Assembly: GCA_963707955.1 (NCBI GenBank)
Contig: OY970176.1
Span: 1,888,001-1,952,000 of the forward strand
DNA from: Candidatus Bathyarchaeota archaeon
GTDB taxonomy: Archaea; Thermoproteota; Bathyarchaeia; Bathyarchaeales; Bathycorpusculaceae
DNA: 64,000 bases
Direction of reading: 5' to 3'
Shown: piece by piece, positions 40,906 through 50,717 of the stretch
How the letters are laid out: each line of letters opens with the position of its first letter
How positions within the stretch are numbered: position 1 is the stretch's first letter
Notes under the pieces: generated by a model
What the model was told of the DNA's origin: nothing
Databases searched by the model: none
Seen by the model: the letters and a program-made list of their open reading frames with translations, nothing else
Translations under genes and position numbers: made by a program

Positions 40906-41326
40906 GTCAGTTAATGGCTTTACTGTCTAAGAAAGCTCTGGAGACCTGTTAGGTGAAGATTGCAGTTTCCACAATTATTGGCGACGTCTTCCGCAAACCC
41001 TTTTTTTCTTAAGAACGAGTGTTTGAAATGCGTCCGATTCTGAAGAGTATCGTGACGGAGGGAGCAGACGGGACTGCGGCGCTCAGAATGATTTTCGTTT
41101 ATGATTTTTCGTTGGAGGATCCGATGCGCGCGCTAAACAATTAAAGAACTCTCAAACGGCGAAGTTATCGTCATGCGCGTCCTGTGACCTACCCTCCTCT
41201 AGTATTTTTCCGAGCTTCTAAGAGTCTCCCTGCAGAAGCTTAAACGTCCGCGGAGAGAGCGTGTTAGAAGCGAGGCTGGAAGTGGGCCCTGACTTGTTTT
41301 GCGCTTGAAGTCTGGGGTGAGGCAGA

Positions 41327-41458
41327 GCGAAGAAACGAGTAGAATGGAAGCTCGAAGAGGAGCTGGTTGATCGCATCGACAGGGTAGCTGAGCTTCTCAA
41401 GTCGAACAGGACAGACATCATCAGAAGCGCATGCATCGCTTATTTGAAGATCCGATAG
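41327..41458 (+). pseudogene. CopG-like ribbon-helix-helix protein lacking a canonical start codon
   Basis: AKKRVEWKLEEELVDRIDRVAELLKSNRTDIIRSACIAYLKIR*. The first codon is GCG, 6 nt after a GGGGTGA ribosome-binding site whose TGA is an in-frame stop. Confidence 0.6.
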
Positions 41459-41548
41459 GTATAGGCTCTAGGAAGGGCATCAAGGGTAGAATATGCGATT
41501 TATGAGCGCTCGCCCCCGCTATTGCACAAGCCTTAAATTCTTTTTCAG

Positions 41549-41989
41549 ATGTCGTTCATGATGGTGAATAAAATGCCCAAATACAAAACTACAGCCAAAT
41601 GGATTGAAAATGTTCGCTCGGTAGTTGACAATTCAAGAACCCACAGCGTTGTCTGCGACCTTTCCACCCCCGCGGGTGGAGACGACAAAGGTCCGACTGC
41701 AATTGAACTGGCCATGATGGCCCTAGCAGACTGCGCTGTAACGATATTCGCGGATGTCTGCAAGCAGAGCAAAATTGAAATCACCAAAGTCGAGGCCGTA
41801 GCGGAAGCAGAAAAATCTCCCGACTCTCCCATATTGAGTGGAGTAACCGTGAAGACCAAAGTATGTGCAGCTGCGAGGAAAGAACTGCTGGAGGCCGCGT
41901 GGCGGAGAACTGAGGCAAACTGTCCAGTGCTATCCATATTCAAAGAATCAATTCCCTTGAAAGTGGAATTCGAAGTAGTGCCCAAATAG
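41549..41989 (+). CDS. OsmC-family protein
   Basis: GGDDKGPTAIEL..ALADC ... EANCPV (two catalytic-type cysteines). Confidence 0.88.
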   Translation: MSFMMVNKMPKYKTTAKWIENVRSVVDNSRTHSVVCDLSTPAGGDDKGPTAIELAMMALADCAVTIFADVCKQSKIEITKVEAVAEAEKSPDSPILSGVTVKTKVCAAARKELLEAAWRRTEANCPVLSIFKESIPLKVEFEVVPK

Positions 41990-42035
41990 CCAGAACAGCC
42001 TACTTTAGGCTGAAATGCAGAAAGGAGGTGAGTCC

Positions 42036-42320
42036 TTGCTGTTTGTCGCTACCCATACCCATCAAGCCGCAAAATGTCCGTTACTAACGCCTGAAGGAAA
42101 AACAATGATCAAAATGCTCTTTTCAGATGAGAACGTTAGGAAGTCGGGTCTCAAAATAGTCGGAGCCTATATGAGTTGTCCAAAAGACAAGAGTACTGAC
42201 CATAAAGGTTTCTTCATTATAGACGCCGACAGTGCCTTAACGGTTTCAAAGTTTTTCGGTCAAATGGCAGTTGACGTAAGACCCGTCGTACCCTTCAGCG
42301 AAGTCGCGAAAACCATGTAG
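42036..42320 (+). CDS. Small hypothetical protein (HxH..CP, ferredoxin-like fold suspected; DUF3303-like)
   Basis: FVATHTHQAAKCP..DHKGFFIIDADS..VRPV; TTG start after a GGAGGTGA RBS. Confidence 0.6.
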   Translation: MLFVATHTHQAAKCPLLTPEGKTMIKMLFSDENVRKSGLKIVGAYMSCPKDKSTDHKGFFIIDADSALTVSKFFGQMAVDVRPVVPFSEVAKTM

Positions 42321-42358
42321 CGCCGTCCGAAGAAGCCTATTGGCCTATCCCCTTTTTG

Positions 42359-43012
42359 TCAATAGCGTGCGCTGTGCGTGTCATAGAGTTTGTGTTTATA
42401 GTATCCCTTTGCAGTGTATAATGCTCCAACAGGATTGTGGCACAAGACTCTGTCCTTGGCAACTAAGACTGTTACTAGTGCTCTAGAATACTTGATGAAG
42501 GTGGAGTCATGCCCTACGCAGAGACCTACGATTATGTTCAACTCCGTTTTCGCCTTGTTCATGATTAAGGCTTGTGCCACTGGGTTGCAAATAGGCTCGA
42601 AGGCACCGGGATGTACTTTCTCGCTGTCTTTCAGTCCCAACTCTTCCTTTGGAACGCCGCCAGTCTTGCAGAATACGAAAGTCACCTGAAAGCCATTGGA
42701 TTCGAGAATATCCGTCAGTATTCTTCCTTCCTCGGCTAGTCCTACACAGCAGGCAATACCAAGCTTTGCGAAATTCATCCTTCTGGCAAATTCCATCGTG
42801 TCCTCGACTCTGGTCCACTTCATATAACCCTCTGACTCCACCAGAGCAGAAGCATGAGCTAATTTCGCTACGCCAGGTTTTTCATATTCTTCCCTAGCTT
42901 TCCTTAAAACATCTTTCTCAACGTTCATCGGACAAAAATCCAGCTTGGAAGTAACTCGAGCTCGTTGAGGATGTTCGCACACGAAAACGGTACATTTGCT
43001 ACATTTAACCAC
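42359..43012 (-). CDS. DUF1847-family metal-binding protein
   Basis: CSKC..C..FCP, TRVED, GIACCVGL, CKTGG, CNPVAQA, GLCVGHD, KDRVLCHNP. Confidence 0.88.
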   Translation of the reverse strand: MVKCSKCTVFVCEHPQRARVTSKLDFCPMNVEKDVLRKAREEYEKPGVAKLAHASALVESEGYMKWTRVEDTMEFARRMNFAKLGIACCVGLAEEGRILTDILESNGFQVTFVFCKTGGVPKEELGLKDSEKVHPGAFEPICNPVAQALIMNKAKTELNIIVGLCVGHDSTFIKYSRALVTVLVAKDRVLCHNPVGALYTAKGYYKHKLYDTHSARY

Positions 43013-43172
43013 GATCTTTCCCCGCGAATAGGATAACGTTGTTTCTGCAGAACTTATGTCTTACCCGTCTCGTCACATTGTGAATTCCCATTTGCACCCT
43101 GCGCGCGCGCTGACCATTTATCTTAAATATGCAGAGGCTAAACACGAATCGATATGGTGCAAGGCGATAGTA

Positions 43173-44027
43173 ATGGATGTCAAGATTACCAACATCTACA
43201 ATAATGAGGCTTTGCCCGGGAAAGCCCTCAAAAGTGGGCACGGAGAATGCTTTCATATCGCAATCGGCGACAAACAGATTCTTCTTGATACTGGATGGAA
43301 AGGCGGAAAACTCCTGCATAATATGAAGAGACTGGGAATAGATGCTGATTATATCGATAAGTTGGTGCTTTCGCACGGTCACAGGGATCACACAGGCGGG
43401 TTGAAATCGTTTCTTGGGGTGAGAACAGTCCAGAAACCAGTGCAGATATTTGCGCATCCAAGTGCTATGGAGCCCAAGTCAGCGAAGATATTCTTGTTTC
43501 ACATCTCGATGGGATTGCCAAAGCTTAGTAGGGAACTGACCAAAAAAGCGGAATTCCATCTGACTAAAGATTCAGTTGAAGTGCTTCCGAACCTCGCTAC
43601 GACGGGAGAGATTCCGATTGCGGAACGACTGGAGAAACCGGGGATAGTGACGGGTGCGTTTCATAAGGTTAATGGACGGCGGGAGTGGGATCCTGTCATT
43701 GACGATTTGTCGCTGATTCTTGAAGCAAAAGATGGATTAGTGTTGGTGACTGGTTGCTGTCATGCGGGATTGTTGAATACGTGTGCACGTGCCACACGAC
43801 TCTTCAATGGGAGAATCATTGCCATACTCGGGGGCACTCACATGGTGGAATACTCGCAAGAGGATGTTGACCACGTAGGAGAGGTTCTGGAAAAGGTGTA
43901 TGGAACTCCGGAACTGTACTTGAATCATTGCACCGGAAAAGACGCCATTGGACGACTGAGAGGCAAATTTGGATCAGAAGTAGTACACGATTGCCACGTG
44001 GGCACAGAAGTAGTTTTCAAAATCTAA
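43173..44027 (+). CDS. MBL-fold metallo-hydrolase (MJ0301/Tflp-like)
   Basis: GHGECF, LLDTG, LSHGHRDHTGG, DDLSL, TGCCHAG, GGTHM, NHCTG; start moved to ATG 43173. Confidence 0.88.
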   Translation: MDVKITNIYNNEALPGKALKSGHGECFHIAIGDKQILLDTGWKGGKLLHNMKRLGIDADYIDKLVLSHGHRDHTGGLKSFLGVRTVQKPVQIFAHPSAMEPKSAKIFLFHISMGLPKLSRELTKKAEFHLTKDSVEVLPNLATTGEIPIAERLEKPGIVTGAFHKVNGRREWDPVIDDLSLILEAKDGLVLVTGCCHAGLLNTCARATRLFNGRIIAILGGTHMVEYSQEDVDHVGEVLEKVYGTPELYLNHCTGKDAIGRLRGKFGSEVVHDCHVGTEVVFKI

Positions 44028-44048
44028 GCGCGCGCTAAATTCCGAAAA

Positions 44049-44603
44049 TCATATTGTAAATTCCCATCTACACCACGAGTCTGAAGGGTGCTTGTCTGGT
44101 GGACAGAACAAACAGCCTACTTCTACTTTTGGATTCAGAGTCTTCGCGAAATTCTTCAAATATCTAAACCTTACTCTCTTGCAGGGAAATTCGCACAAAC
44201 CTTTGCCCAGACGAGCCTCCTGAGTCCTGCACCTATCAATGCCAAGGGTAGCCCGTTTGTTTCCGATTTCGATGGTCTTGAAGGGTTGATCCAGTGCCCA
44301 ACTGGATTTGCGTAAAAGACCAATAATCGTTGCTACGTCTGGGTTTTCTCCAACCTTGAACATTCGTTGTAGGCTCTTGGCTTCGATTGCAGCCATGCTC
44401 TCCCAAACCTGAGCATCAATTTCAGTTGCCGCTTTAGTCCCAAACTTCTTTTCGATGCCTAGAAAATACAGGCCATCAACTCTCCAAATGTTGCGAATTT
44501 GCAGAAAGAAATAATCAAACAGTTTCTCCATGGGCATTTCGGCCAGTGTCTCACGGTCTTCTCGACTTCCAGGAGGATATTCACTCATACCTTTCACCAT
44601 CAA
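44049..44603 (-). CDS. DUF6125-like protein
   Basis: VDGLYF..E.KFG...A..ID..VW, CRTQEARL, FPC, CPPD..WCRWEF. Confidence 0.75.
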   Translation of the reverse strand: MMVKGMSEYPPGSREDRETLAEMPMEKLFDYFFLQIRNIWRVDGLYFLGIEKKFGTKAATEIDAQVWESMAAIEAKSLQRMFKVGENPDVATIIGLLRKSSWALDQPFKTIEIGNKRATLGIDRCRTQEARLGKGLCEFPCKRVRFRYLKNFAKTLNPKVEVGCLFCPPDKHPSDSWCRWEFTI

Positions 44604-44702
44604 GAGGCGCTTAAGTAATTGACCGCTATGAAAAGCTATTGTTCTGTTTTCATGTTTTCGGAATGTTGTGTTTCCAGCTTGCGTTGCGAAACCTTTAAGA
44701 GA

Positions 44703-44724
44703 GTTATGAATATATATTCATAAC
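44703..44724. promoter_or_regulatory. Perfect 22-bp palindrome, likely operator of the DUF134 operon
   Basis: GTTATGAATATATATTCATAAC ends 1 nt before the GTG of the DUF134 gene. Confidence 0.65.
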
Positions 44725-44725
44725 C

Positions 44726-45187
44726 GTGCCTAGGCCCAGAATCTGCCGACGAGTATGCTGCGAACCAGGGGTGACGTATTTCAAACCCAGAGGCGTTCCA
44801 ATGACTTCCTTGGAAAGCGTCGGCCTGAGCATGGATGAATTTGAAGCGATACGGTTGAAGGATCACGAGGGATTGGAGCAGACAGCGGCGGCTGACAGTA
44901 TGCGAATATCGCAACCGACATTTCACAGAGTCATAGAGGCGGCAAGAAAGAAGGTGGCTGATGCATTGGTCAATGGCAAAGCAATACGAATAGAAGGAGG
45001 TGAATACATGTCGGACGCAAGTAGAAAATTCAAATGCCTTGATTGCGGCCACGAGTGGGAGGAACCGCATGGGAGAGGAAGACCCGGCGCCTGTCCTAAG
45101 TGCGGAAGCAAGAACATCCATAGGGCTCCCGCGGACAGGGGGTACGCTCGACTTGGAAGAGGCCACAGAGGCCATTTTGAAATATGA
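44726..45187 (+). CDS. DUF134-family HTH protein with C-terminal Zn ribbon
   Basis: [63 protein letters not shown]. Confidence 0.9.
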   Translation: MPRPRICRRVCCEPGVTYFKPRGVPMTSLESVGLSMDEFEAIRLKDHEGLEQTAAADSMRISQPTFHRVIEAARKKVADALVNGKAIRIEGGEYMSDASRKFKCLDCGHEWEEPHGRGRPGACPKCGSKNIHRAPADRGYARLGRGHRGHFEI

Positions 45188-45200
45188 AGGAGTTTTCGAA

Positions 45201-46058
45201 TTGACAAGCACGCAAGAAGTCACAGAGAGAGAAAAACAGTTTTCGGACCAGGAGCAGAAGCTCAGGGCCAAAATGAGCAAGGTCAGGCACAAGATAGCCG
45301 TAATAAGCGGCAAAGGTGGCGTGGGCAAAAGCACGGTGGCAGTGAACCTGGCCGTGGCCCTCGCGATGCATGGACACGCCAACCGGATCGGGATTCTTGA
45401 CGCAGACATACATGGCCCCAGCGTACCAAGAATGCTAGGACTGACAGGCCAAAGACTCAAAGTGGGCCCGCCAGGAGCTTTTCCGGCATCAAGCACGTTG
45501 GGAATAAAGGTTGTCTCCATGGATTTCCTGCTGCCCGATGAAAATGCACCCGTAATCTGGCGTGGACCACTGAAGATGACTGCGATTCGCCAGTTTCTGT
45601 CAGAGATAGTCTGGGGAGACTTAGACATTCTGCTAATTGATCTCCCCCCTGGAACAGGCGATGAACCGCTAAGCATTGCTCAGCTACTACCGGAAATGGA
45701 CGGCGTCGTAATAGTGACAATCCCATCCAAAGTCTCACAAGTGGTCGTTAAGAAATCTATCACCTTTGCTCGGCAGCTCGGAATGCCCATCATCGGCATC
45801 ATCGAAAACATGAGCGGCTTCATCTGTCCTCACTGCGGAAAAAAATCTGACATATTCGAATCTGGCGGCGGACAGAAGATAGCTGAAGAACTGAATATTC
45901 CGTTTCTTGGAAGCATTCCGATAGATCAAGAAATCTGTGAGGATGCTGATAGAGGGGAATCATTCATCGTCGAGCATCCAAACTCGCCAGCTTCAAGGTC
46001 CTTCATGGAAATTGTCAAGAAAATCGAAGATTTCCTGAAACAGAAGGGAAGAAAGTAG
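45201..46058 (+). CDS. mrp: Mrp/NBP35 Fe-S cluster carrier ATPase
   Basis: [44 protein letters not shown]; TTG start after AAGGAG. Confidence 0.93.
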   Translation: MTSTQEVTEREKQFSDQEQKLRAKMSKVRHKIAVISGKGGVGKSTVAVNLAVALAMHGHANRIGILDADIHGPSVPRMLGLTGQRLKVGPPGAFPASSTLGIKVVSMDFLLPDENAPVIWRGPLKMTAIRQFLSEIVWGDLDILLIDLPPGTGDEPLSIAQLLPEMDGVVIVTIPSKVSQVVVKKSITFARQLGMPIIGIIENMSGFICPHCGKKSDIFESGGGQKIAEELNIPFLGSIPIDQEICEDADRGESFIVEHPNSPASRSFMEIVKKIEDFLKQKGRK

Positions 46059-46077
46059 TGAAAAAGGAGGTGACACA

Positions 46078-46452
46078 TTGAAAACCACAGTTATTGTTCC
46101 TGTGTCAGATAACAACGGTTTGAACGCTAGGATAGCAGAGCATTTCGGAAGAGCGCCTTTCTATGCTATCGTGGCTTTGGACAATGACGGAAAAGTCGAA
46201 AACGTCGAGACCATGGAAAACAAAGGCGAACATTTCGGGGGCGAAGGACACATGCACGACCACATTCTGGAGCGGAAACCAACCGCGATAATAACCTACG
46301 GAATGGGCCCAAGAGGTTTAACTGGCTTCCAAGAAGCAGGAGTAGCAGTGCTGAAGGCAAATGCAGATACGGTCAAAGACGTAGTCGCTGCATACAAGGA
46401 TGACAAGCTTCAAGAGCTTACCGAAGGCTGCCATCACGCACACCATCACTAG
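46078..46452 (+). CDS. NifB/NifX-family (MTH1175-like) metal-cluster-binding protein
   Basis: HFGRAPFY, GMGPRG, C-terminal CHHAHHH. Confidence 0.88.
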   Translation: MKTTVIVPVSDNNGLNARIAEHFGRAPFYAIVALDNDGKVENVETMENKGEHFGGEGHMHDHILERKPTAIITYGMGPRGLTGFQEAGVAVLKANADTVKDVVAAYKDDKLQELTEGCHHAHHH

Positions 46453-46481
46453 GATTAGAAGTCTAAGGGTTCGGTTCTAGA

Positions 46482-47743
46482 ATGAACGAGAAGAACCAGC
46501 TTTTTAGAAAAGGAGAAAGAGCTGCGATTATTTCTGCAGCTGTTCTCCTAGCGTTCAGCCTTCTGAAAGGCACAGTGTCGGTGATCTCTGGGAGCGTGGC
46601 ATTGCTTGCGGACTCTATTCATTCCTTTGCTGACATTTTTTCCTCGATTGCTGTCTGGGCTGGACTCAAATTAGTTCAGAAAAAACCTACCGAAAGATTT
46701 CCATACGGTTATTACAAAGCAGAAACCTTGGCCTTGCTGATAGTCGCCGTAACGATCGTTGTATCAGGTGTTCTGATCCTGAAAGAAGCTGTGGATAAAC
46801 TGTTCGAACCCGGCGTCGTCCTGTTTCCATCTGCCGTTCTCGCGGTCGCAGCTTTTTCAGGGCTAGTCTCCTACTTTCTTGGCAGGTACAAGAAAGGCGT
46901 GGGAAGCCTTATCGGCTCTCAGTCACTGGTCAGTGAAGGGCAACATTCCCTAGTAGACGTCTACACCTCGTTACTAGTTTTCGTAGGTGTCTTGTTTGCC
47001 AGTCTAGGGTATCCGGTAGCTGAGGTTTTGGCAGGCTTGGCTATTGGGTTGTACGTTATGAAAGTGGGGTTGTGGTTTGGAAAAGATGCGGTGCTGGTTC
47101 TCATGGATGCTTGTTTGAGTCCGCAGAAGGCCAGAGAAATGAAGGAAATAGCCGCGAAGGTGCGAGGAGTAAGAGGAGTGCATGATCTCAGATTGCACAA
47201 ATCAGGACCCGTGTCCTTTGGAGAGATGCACATAGAGGTGGAAGAAGTCTTCCTCTGGAGAAAGCACATGAGATTTCAGATGAGATCGAAGAAATAATCA
47301 GAGAGCGTTTCAAGGACATTGAATCAATCACAATTCATGTAGAACCAGCACAAAAACAGAAAATCAAGGTTGGCATTCCAGTGGTGGAAGACAAGGGATT
47401 GGAATCAAAGACTTCTGCTCATTTTGGCAATGTACCTTTTTTTGCCTTCATAGAACTAGAGAATAACCAAACAAGGAATGTCTATGTCAAGGTCAATAGT
47501 GCGGCAAGAATAGCGAGGAAGAAAGGAATAGGTGCTGCACAGTTCTTAGTAGACGAAAAAGTTGACGCGGTGCTTGCAGGGGATATGGGTGAAGTTCCGT
47601 TTCACCTATTGAGAGACAGCTTAGTTCAGGTATATGCTCTTCCAGAACAGGTTGAACTCAAGGAAGCGATCCGTCTTCTCAACGAGAACAAGCTAGAAAG
47701 AATGACCGTGCCATTCGAGAAAAATGAAACGGATGATAGGTAA
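46482..47743 (+). pseudogene. Cation diffusion facilitator fused to a NifB/NifX domain, frameshifted at ~47248
   Basis: SVALLADSIHSFAD, FPYGYYKAE, HSLVD. The shifted frame reads LPLEKAHEISDEIE..ITIHVEP and runs straight into HFGNVPFF (ORF 47381-47743). Confidence 0.85.
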
Positions 47744-47796
47744 CGCACATTGTGTATCGATGTTATCTCGCGCGTTCTGGACGGTTTAGAGATCAT

Positions 47797-48312
47797 TCAG
47801 AAATCGGTTATGTTATAGCCTTTTGCTCTTGCTTTGGCTATTATGTTTTTGTACCATTCTGGTAATTCGAATTTCTCGATTTTTCTTGCTGGAGAGTAGG
47901 GTTTGATGTCTAGCACCGGTGTTTCATTTAAGGCATCTAATCCTTTGACATGAAGGATTTTGCTCTTCCTCCATAGTAGTCTCACTGCAGACAAGCCTAT
48001 AGGATTTGGTCTGTTAGGCGAGTCCAAGCAGAACACTCCAACCAAGGGGACCTCTTCTAGGTTCAGACCATACCTGACAACGACTCTAGGCTTGATCTTG
48101 AGCCGTTTTCTGTTTTCCGCAGTGATGTTGTGCATGTAAAAGAAAATAAGCAGATGAGAAAAACCATCAATGGCTTCTAGACCATCGGCGTACTCGTCGA
48201 GAATTTCAATATCCGCTTCCAGTTCCTCAACCGGCTGATTTCTCATCTCTTCACCAGCAAATTTCGTTTTTACAAAGCCTATCGGACTCAACTGGATACT
48301 CAAAATGCCCAC
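47797..48312 (-). CDS. tsaA: TrmO/TsaA-family tRNA methyltransferase-like protein
   Basis: PIGFV, GFSHL, GVF..SPNRPNPIGLS, GLDALNETPVLDIKPY. Confidence 0.9.
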   Translation of the reverse strand: MGILSIQLSPIGFVKTKFAGEEMRNQPVEELEADIEILDEYADGLEAIDGFSHLLIFFYMHNITAENRKRLKIKPRVVVRYGLNLEEVPLVGVFCLDSPNRPNPIGLSAVRLLWRKSKILHVKGLDALNETPVLDIKPYSPARKIEKFELPEWYKNIIAKARAKGYNITDF

Positions 48313-48634
48313 CTTTCAGACGTTATTCCTTGCTTCTAGGAGTAAATCTTGAACCGCTTATATGCTTGGCGCGCTAGCGTGTTCCTAAATTCCTTTTTTG
48401 GGAGGGAGTGGGATTGAGTTGCGTATGTTTCTTCAAGAGTTGTGTCATGAAGAAAGAAGTATTAGACCTTTCGCAAACGAATTTAAGAACAAGCATGCGC
48501 GTTCTATTTCCTTGCACTCATTGTTGGAAAACCTCTAGCGACCAAACTTGTAACCGCGCGCGCTAACTGGTTTTTGCTATTTGCCGATGGCTTAGAACCA
48601 GCGCGCGAGAAAGAGGTTGACTGAACGCTAAGAG

Positions 48635-49807
48635 TCAATCATGGAGAAGAAGGGCGACAGGTATTAAGAGTGCGAACGCTGCTCCTGCTATGAAAAAGGT
48701 GTCTCTGATGCTGATAAATCCCATCAGCGCGCCTGCTGCCAATGGTCCAATCGTGTAGCCCAAGTCTTTGAATGTGGCTATGGCTCCGGTAATCGCGGTT
48801 TTGCTTTCACCCATTATGTCTGACATTCTTGAATACAGCGCTATGAAGATTACCGTGTAGCTCATCGTAAAGGCTGTCACAATCGCCAATGTGCAGTATA
48901 GGCTATTTGATAATGGCATCATAACTGCAGTCAACGTTGTCAAGGAAGCAGCCACAGCAAGTGTCTTCCGTATTCCATGTCTGTCTATCAGATTTCCAAT
49001 CGGCACTTCAAGAGCAACCGCAGGCAGAAGGGCTACAGTGAGTATCACGCCTATCAGTGGAATAGCAATTCCTTCACTGTTAAGAAATATTGGAAGGAAC
49101 GAGTAGTACACATTGATAAGAGCGTAGAACACGATTATGAGAAAAACAGTCTTTACGAACCGGCTATTGCGCATGTAACTCAACAATGTAGTTAGCTGAA
49201 CGTTAAACGATGCTTTCTCGGGCTTGGGCGTCTCCTTCAGGTACAATGAAACCACGATGAACGCAGTTAGGCTTGTTAGGCTTAGTATATAGAAAGGCAG
49301 AAAAAACGAAAGAATCGAGATAAGTCCCCCGACAACTGGAGATAAAGCTGAGGCGAAATCGTTCATGCCAGAAAAGAATCCAACCTCTTTTCCTTTCACA
49401 CTCTTCTCAGCATAAGCGAAAACATATGCCCACGAAGTCAACCACAAAAAGGATGAAGCAACCCCTCTAGTGACGCTTACCAACAACAGCGATAGAAAAG
49501 TGTCTGCCACAGGATAGAGCAGCGCAAGTGCCGAGTAGATTAGCAGCACTATCTGTAGAACTCGTTTTACATTCATTCTGTTCTCTATGATTCCGAATGG
49601 CATGTTGAGGAATATCCCCATCATCGTTGTGAGCGAAAGGATAAGGCCGGTCAGGAACAGGTTTCCAGTGACGTTTTCAACGTATATTGAGAAGATAGGG
49701 GACGTAATTCCCCAGCCGAAAGTGTATATGAAAAATGCGATCGAGATCGGGAAGATTACCCTGTTGAATTTGACAATGTGCCGTAGTTCGCCAAACTCTT
49801 TGAACAT
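48635..49807 (-). CDS. MFS transporter
   Basis: About 12 TM helices, GNLIDRHGIRK loop motif, DLGYTIGP; start moved to ATG 49807. Confidence 0.88.
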   Translation of the reverse strand: MFKEFGELRHIVKFNRVIFPISIAFFIYTFGWGITSPIFSIYVENVTGNLFLTGLILSLTTMMGIFLNMPFGIIENRMNVKRVLQIVLLIYSALALLYPVADTFLSLLLVSVTRGVASSFLWLTSWAYVFAYAEKSVKGKEVGFFSGMNDFASALSPVVGGLISILSFFLPFYILSLTSLTAFIVVSLYLKETPKPEKASFNVQLTTLLSYMRNSRFVKTVFLIIVFYALINVYYSFLPIFLNSEGIAIPLIGVILTVALLPAVALEVPIGNLIDRHGIRKTLAVAASLTTLTAVMMPLSNSLYCTLAIVTAFTMSYTVIFIALYSRMSDIMGESKTAITGAIATFKDLGYTIGPLAAGALMGFISIRDTFFIAGAAFALLIPVALLLHD

Positions 49808-49820
49808 CTGAATCCTACTA

Positions 49821-49838
49821 CAATTCAATATTGAATTG
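49821..49838. promoter_or_regulatory. Perfect 18-bp palindrome upstream of the MFS gene
   Basis: CAATTCAATATTGAATTG, 13 nt upstream of the ATG at 49807. Confidence 0.5.
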
Positions 49839-49919
49839 CATATTAATTCATCCGCGTTAGAGCGCGCGCTATGAACGAAATTTGAATTGTAAAAATAAGG
49901 TGGGTGCTTGTTTGTGCTT

Positions 49920-50153
49920 CTAGCCCTCGCCATTCCTTTCGCCAAGGATGATTAAGCCTACGCCGAAGAACTCAATTGCCATTCCCACAGCGATCCAACA
50001 CAAGTCAGCTAACAAGTCTGCTTGCACACCAAAATGAGCATCATTGTTTATTTTGAAAGTTTGCCAAACCGGTACTAACAGACCAATGACGAGAATGATT
50101 ACGCTCAAAATCCTTGGCGCGCGCAGGCTAAATTCCTGCTCGCTCCTATGCAT
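49920..50153 (-). CDS. Small two-TM protein, possibly a 5'-truncated or chimeric fragment
   Basis: Two hydrophobic segments; a GCGCGCGC junction motif (50117-50124) lies within codons 10-13. Confidence 0.4.
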   Translation of the reverse strand: MHRSEQEFSLRAPRILSVIILVIGLLVPVWQTFKINNDAHFGVQADLLADLCWIAVGMAIEFFGVGLIILGERNGEG

Positions 50154-50640
50154 CGTTATCCGAGTTCACTGTCTTTGGATCGGCAAATTTATCGATTATC
50201 CACTGTTTGATGTCATCTCTTGTGCGTCGAAAGGCCATGGTCTTTTCCTCGTCACTCCCGTCCACTTCAGAAGGATCGTTGAATCCATGGTGAAGATAGT
50301 GTTTTGCTTCAGGTATTATTGTGTTGATTATCTCTGGCCTACCCAAGACTATCGGTGAAGAACACAATGAACACATTAATTTGGCACTGCTCCGGCACAC
50401 CGATACAACTAAGTCGATTTCCTTGTTTCGGAACTCTTCAATGCTCTTGGAATACTGCTTGGAAATATCTATCCCTATCTCAGCCATAACCTTAGTGGCA
50501 AAAGGATTGACTTGCGTCGGATTTGCGCCTGCGCTGAACACTTCATATTTCTCACCGTACAGATGCCTTAGCAAACCTTCAGCCATCTGCGATCGAGCGG
50601 AATTATGTTCACACAAAAAAAGAACTTTTAACTTTTTCAT
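50146..50640 (-). CDS. arsC: LMW-PTP-type arsenate reductase (copy 1)
   Basis: FLCEHNSARSQMAEG P-loop, SAG, DPS..FRRTRD; extended Cys-rich redox loop. Confidence 0.88.
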   Translation of the reverse strand: MKKLKVLFLCEHNSARSQMAEGLLRHLYGEKYEVFSAGANPTQVNPFATKVMAEIGIDISKQYSKSIEEFRNKEIDLVVSVCRSSAKLMCSLCSSPIVLGRPEIINTIIPEAKHYLHHGFNDPSEVDGSDEEKTMAFRRTRDDIKQWIIDKFADPKTVNSDNDA

Positions 50641-50717
50641 TCACAAACACCTTGTCGTGTTACTGGCGCGCGCTACGACAATTACTGTGGACAATAGTCG
50701 TACACCTTCTAAAACAT

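Noticed and set aside
44636-45676. 346-aa minus-strand ORF
   Set aside because: Antisense to the well-supported DUF134 and Mrp genes.
43056-49945. Long N-terminal extensions in the ORF track (MBL, Mrp, MFS; also TFS and mvhD)
   Set aside because: They run through promoters, GC motifs or upstream genes; downstream starts with an RBS or family-typical N-termini fit better.
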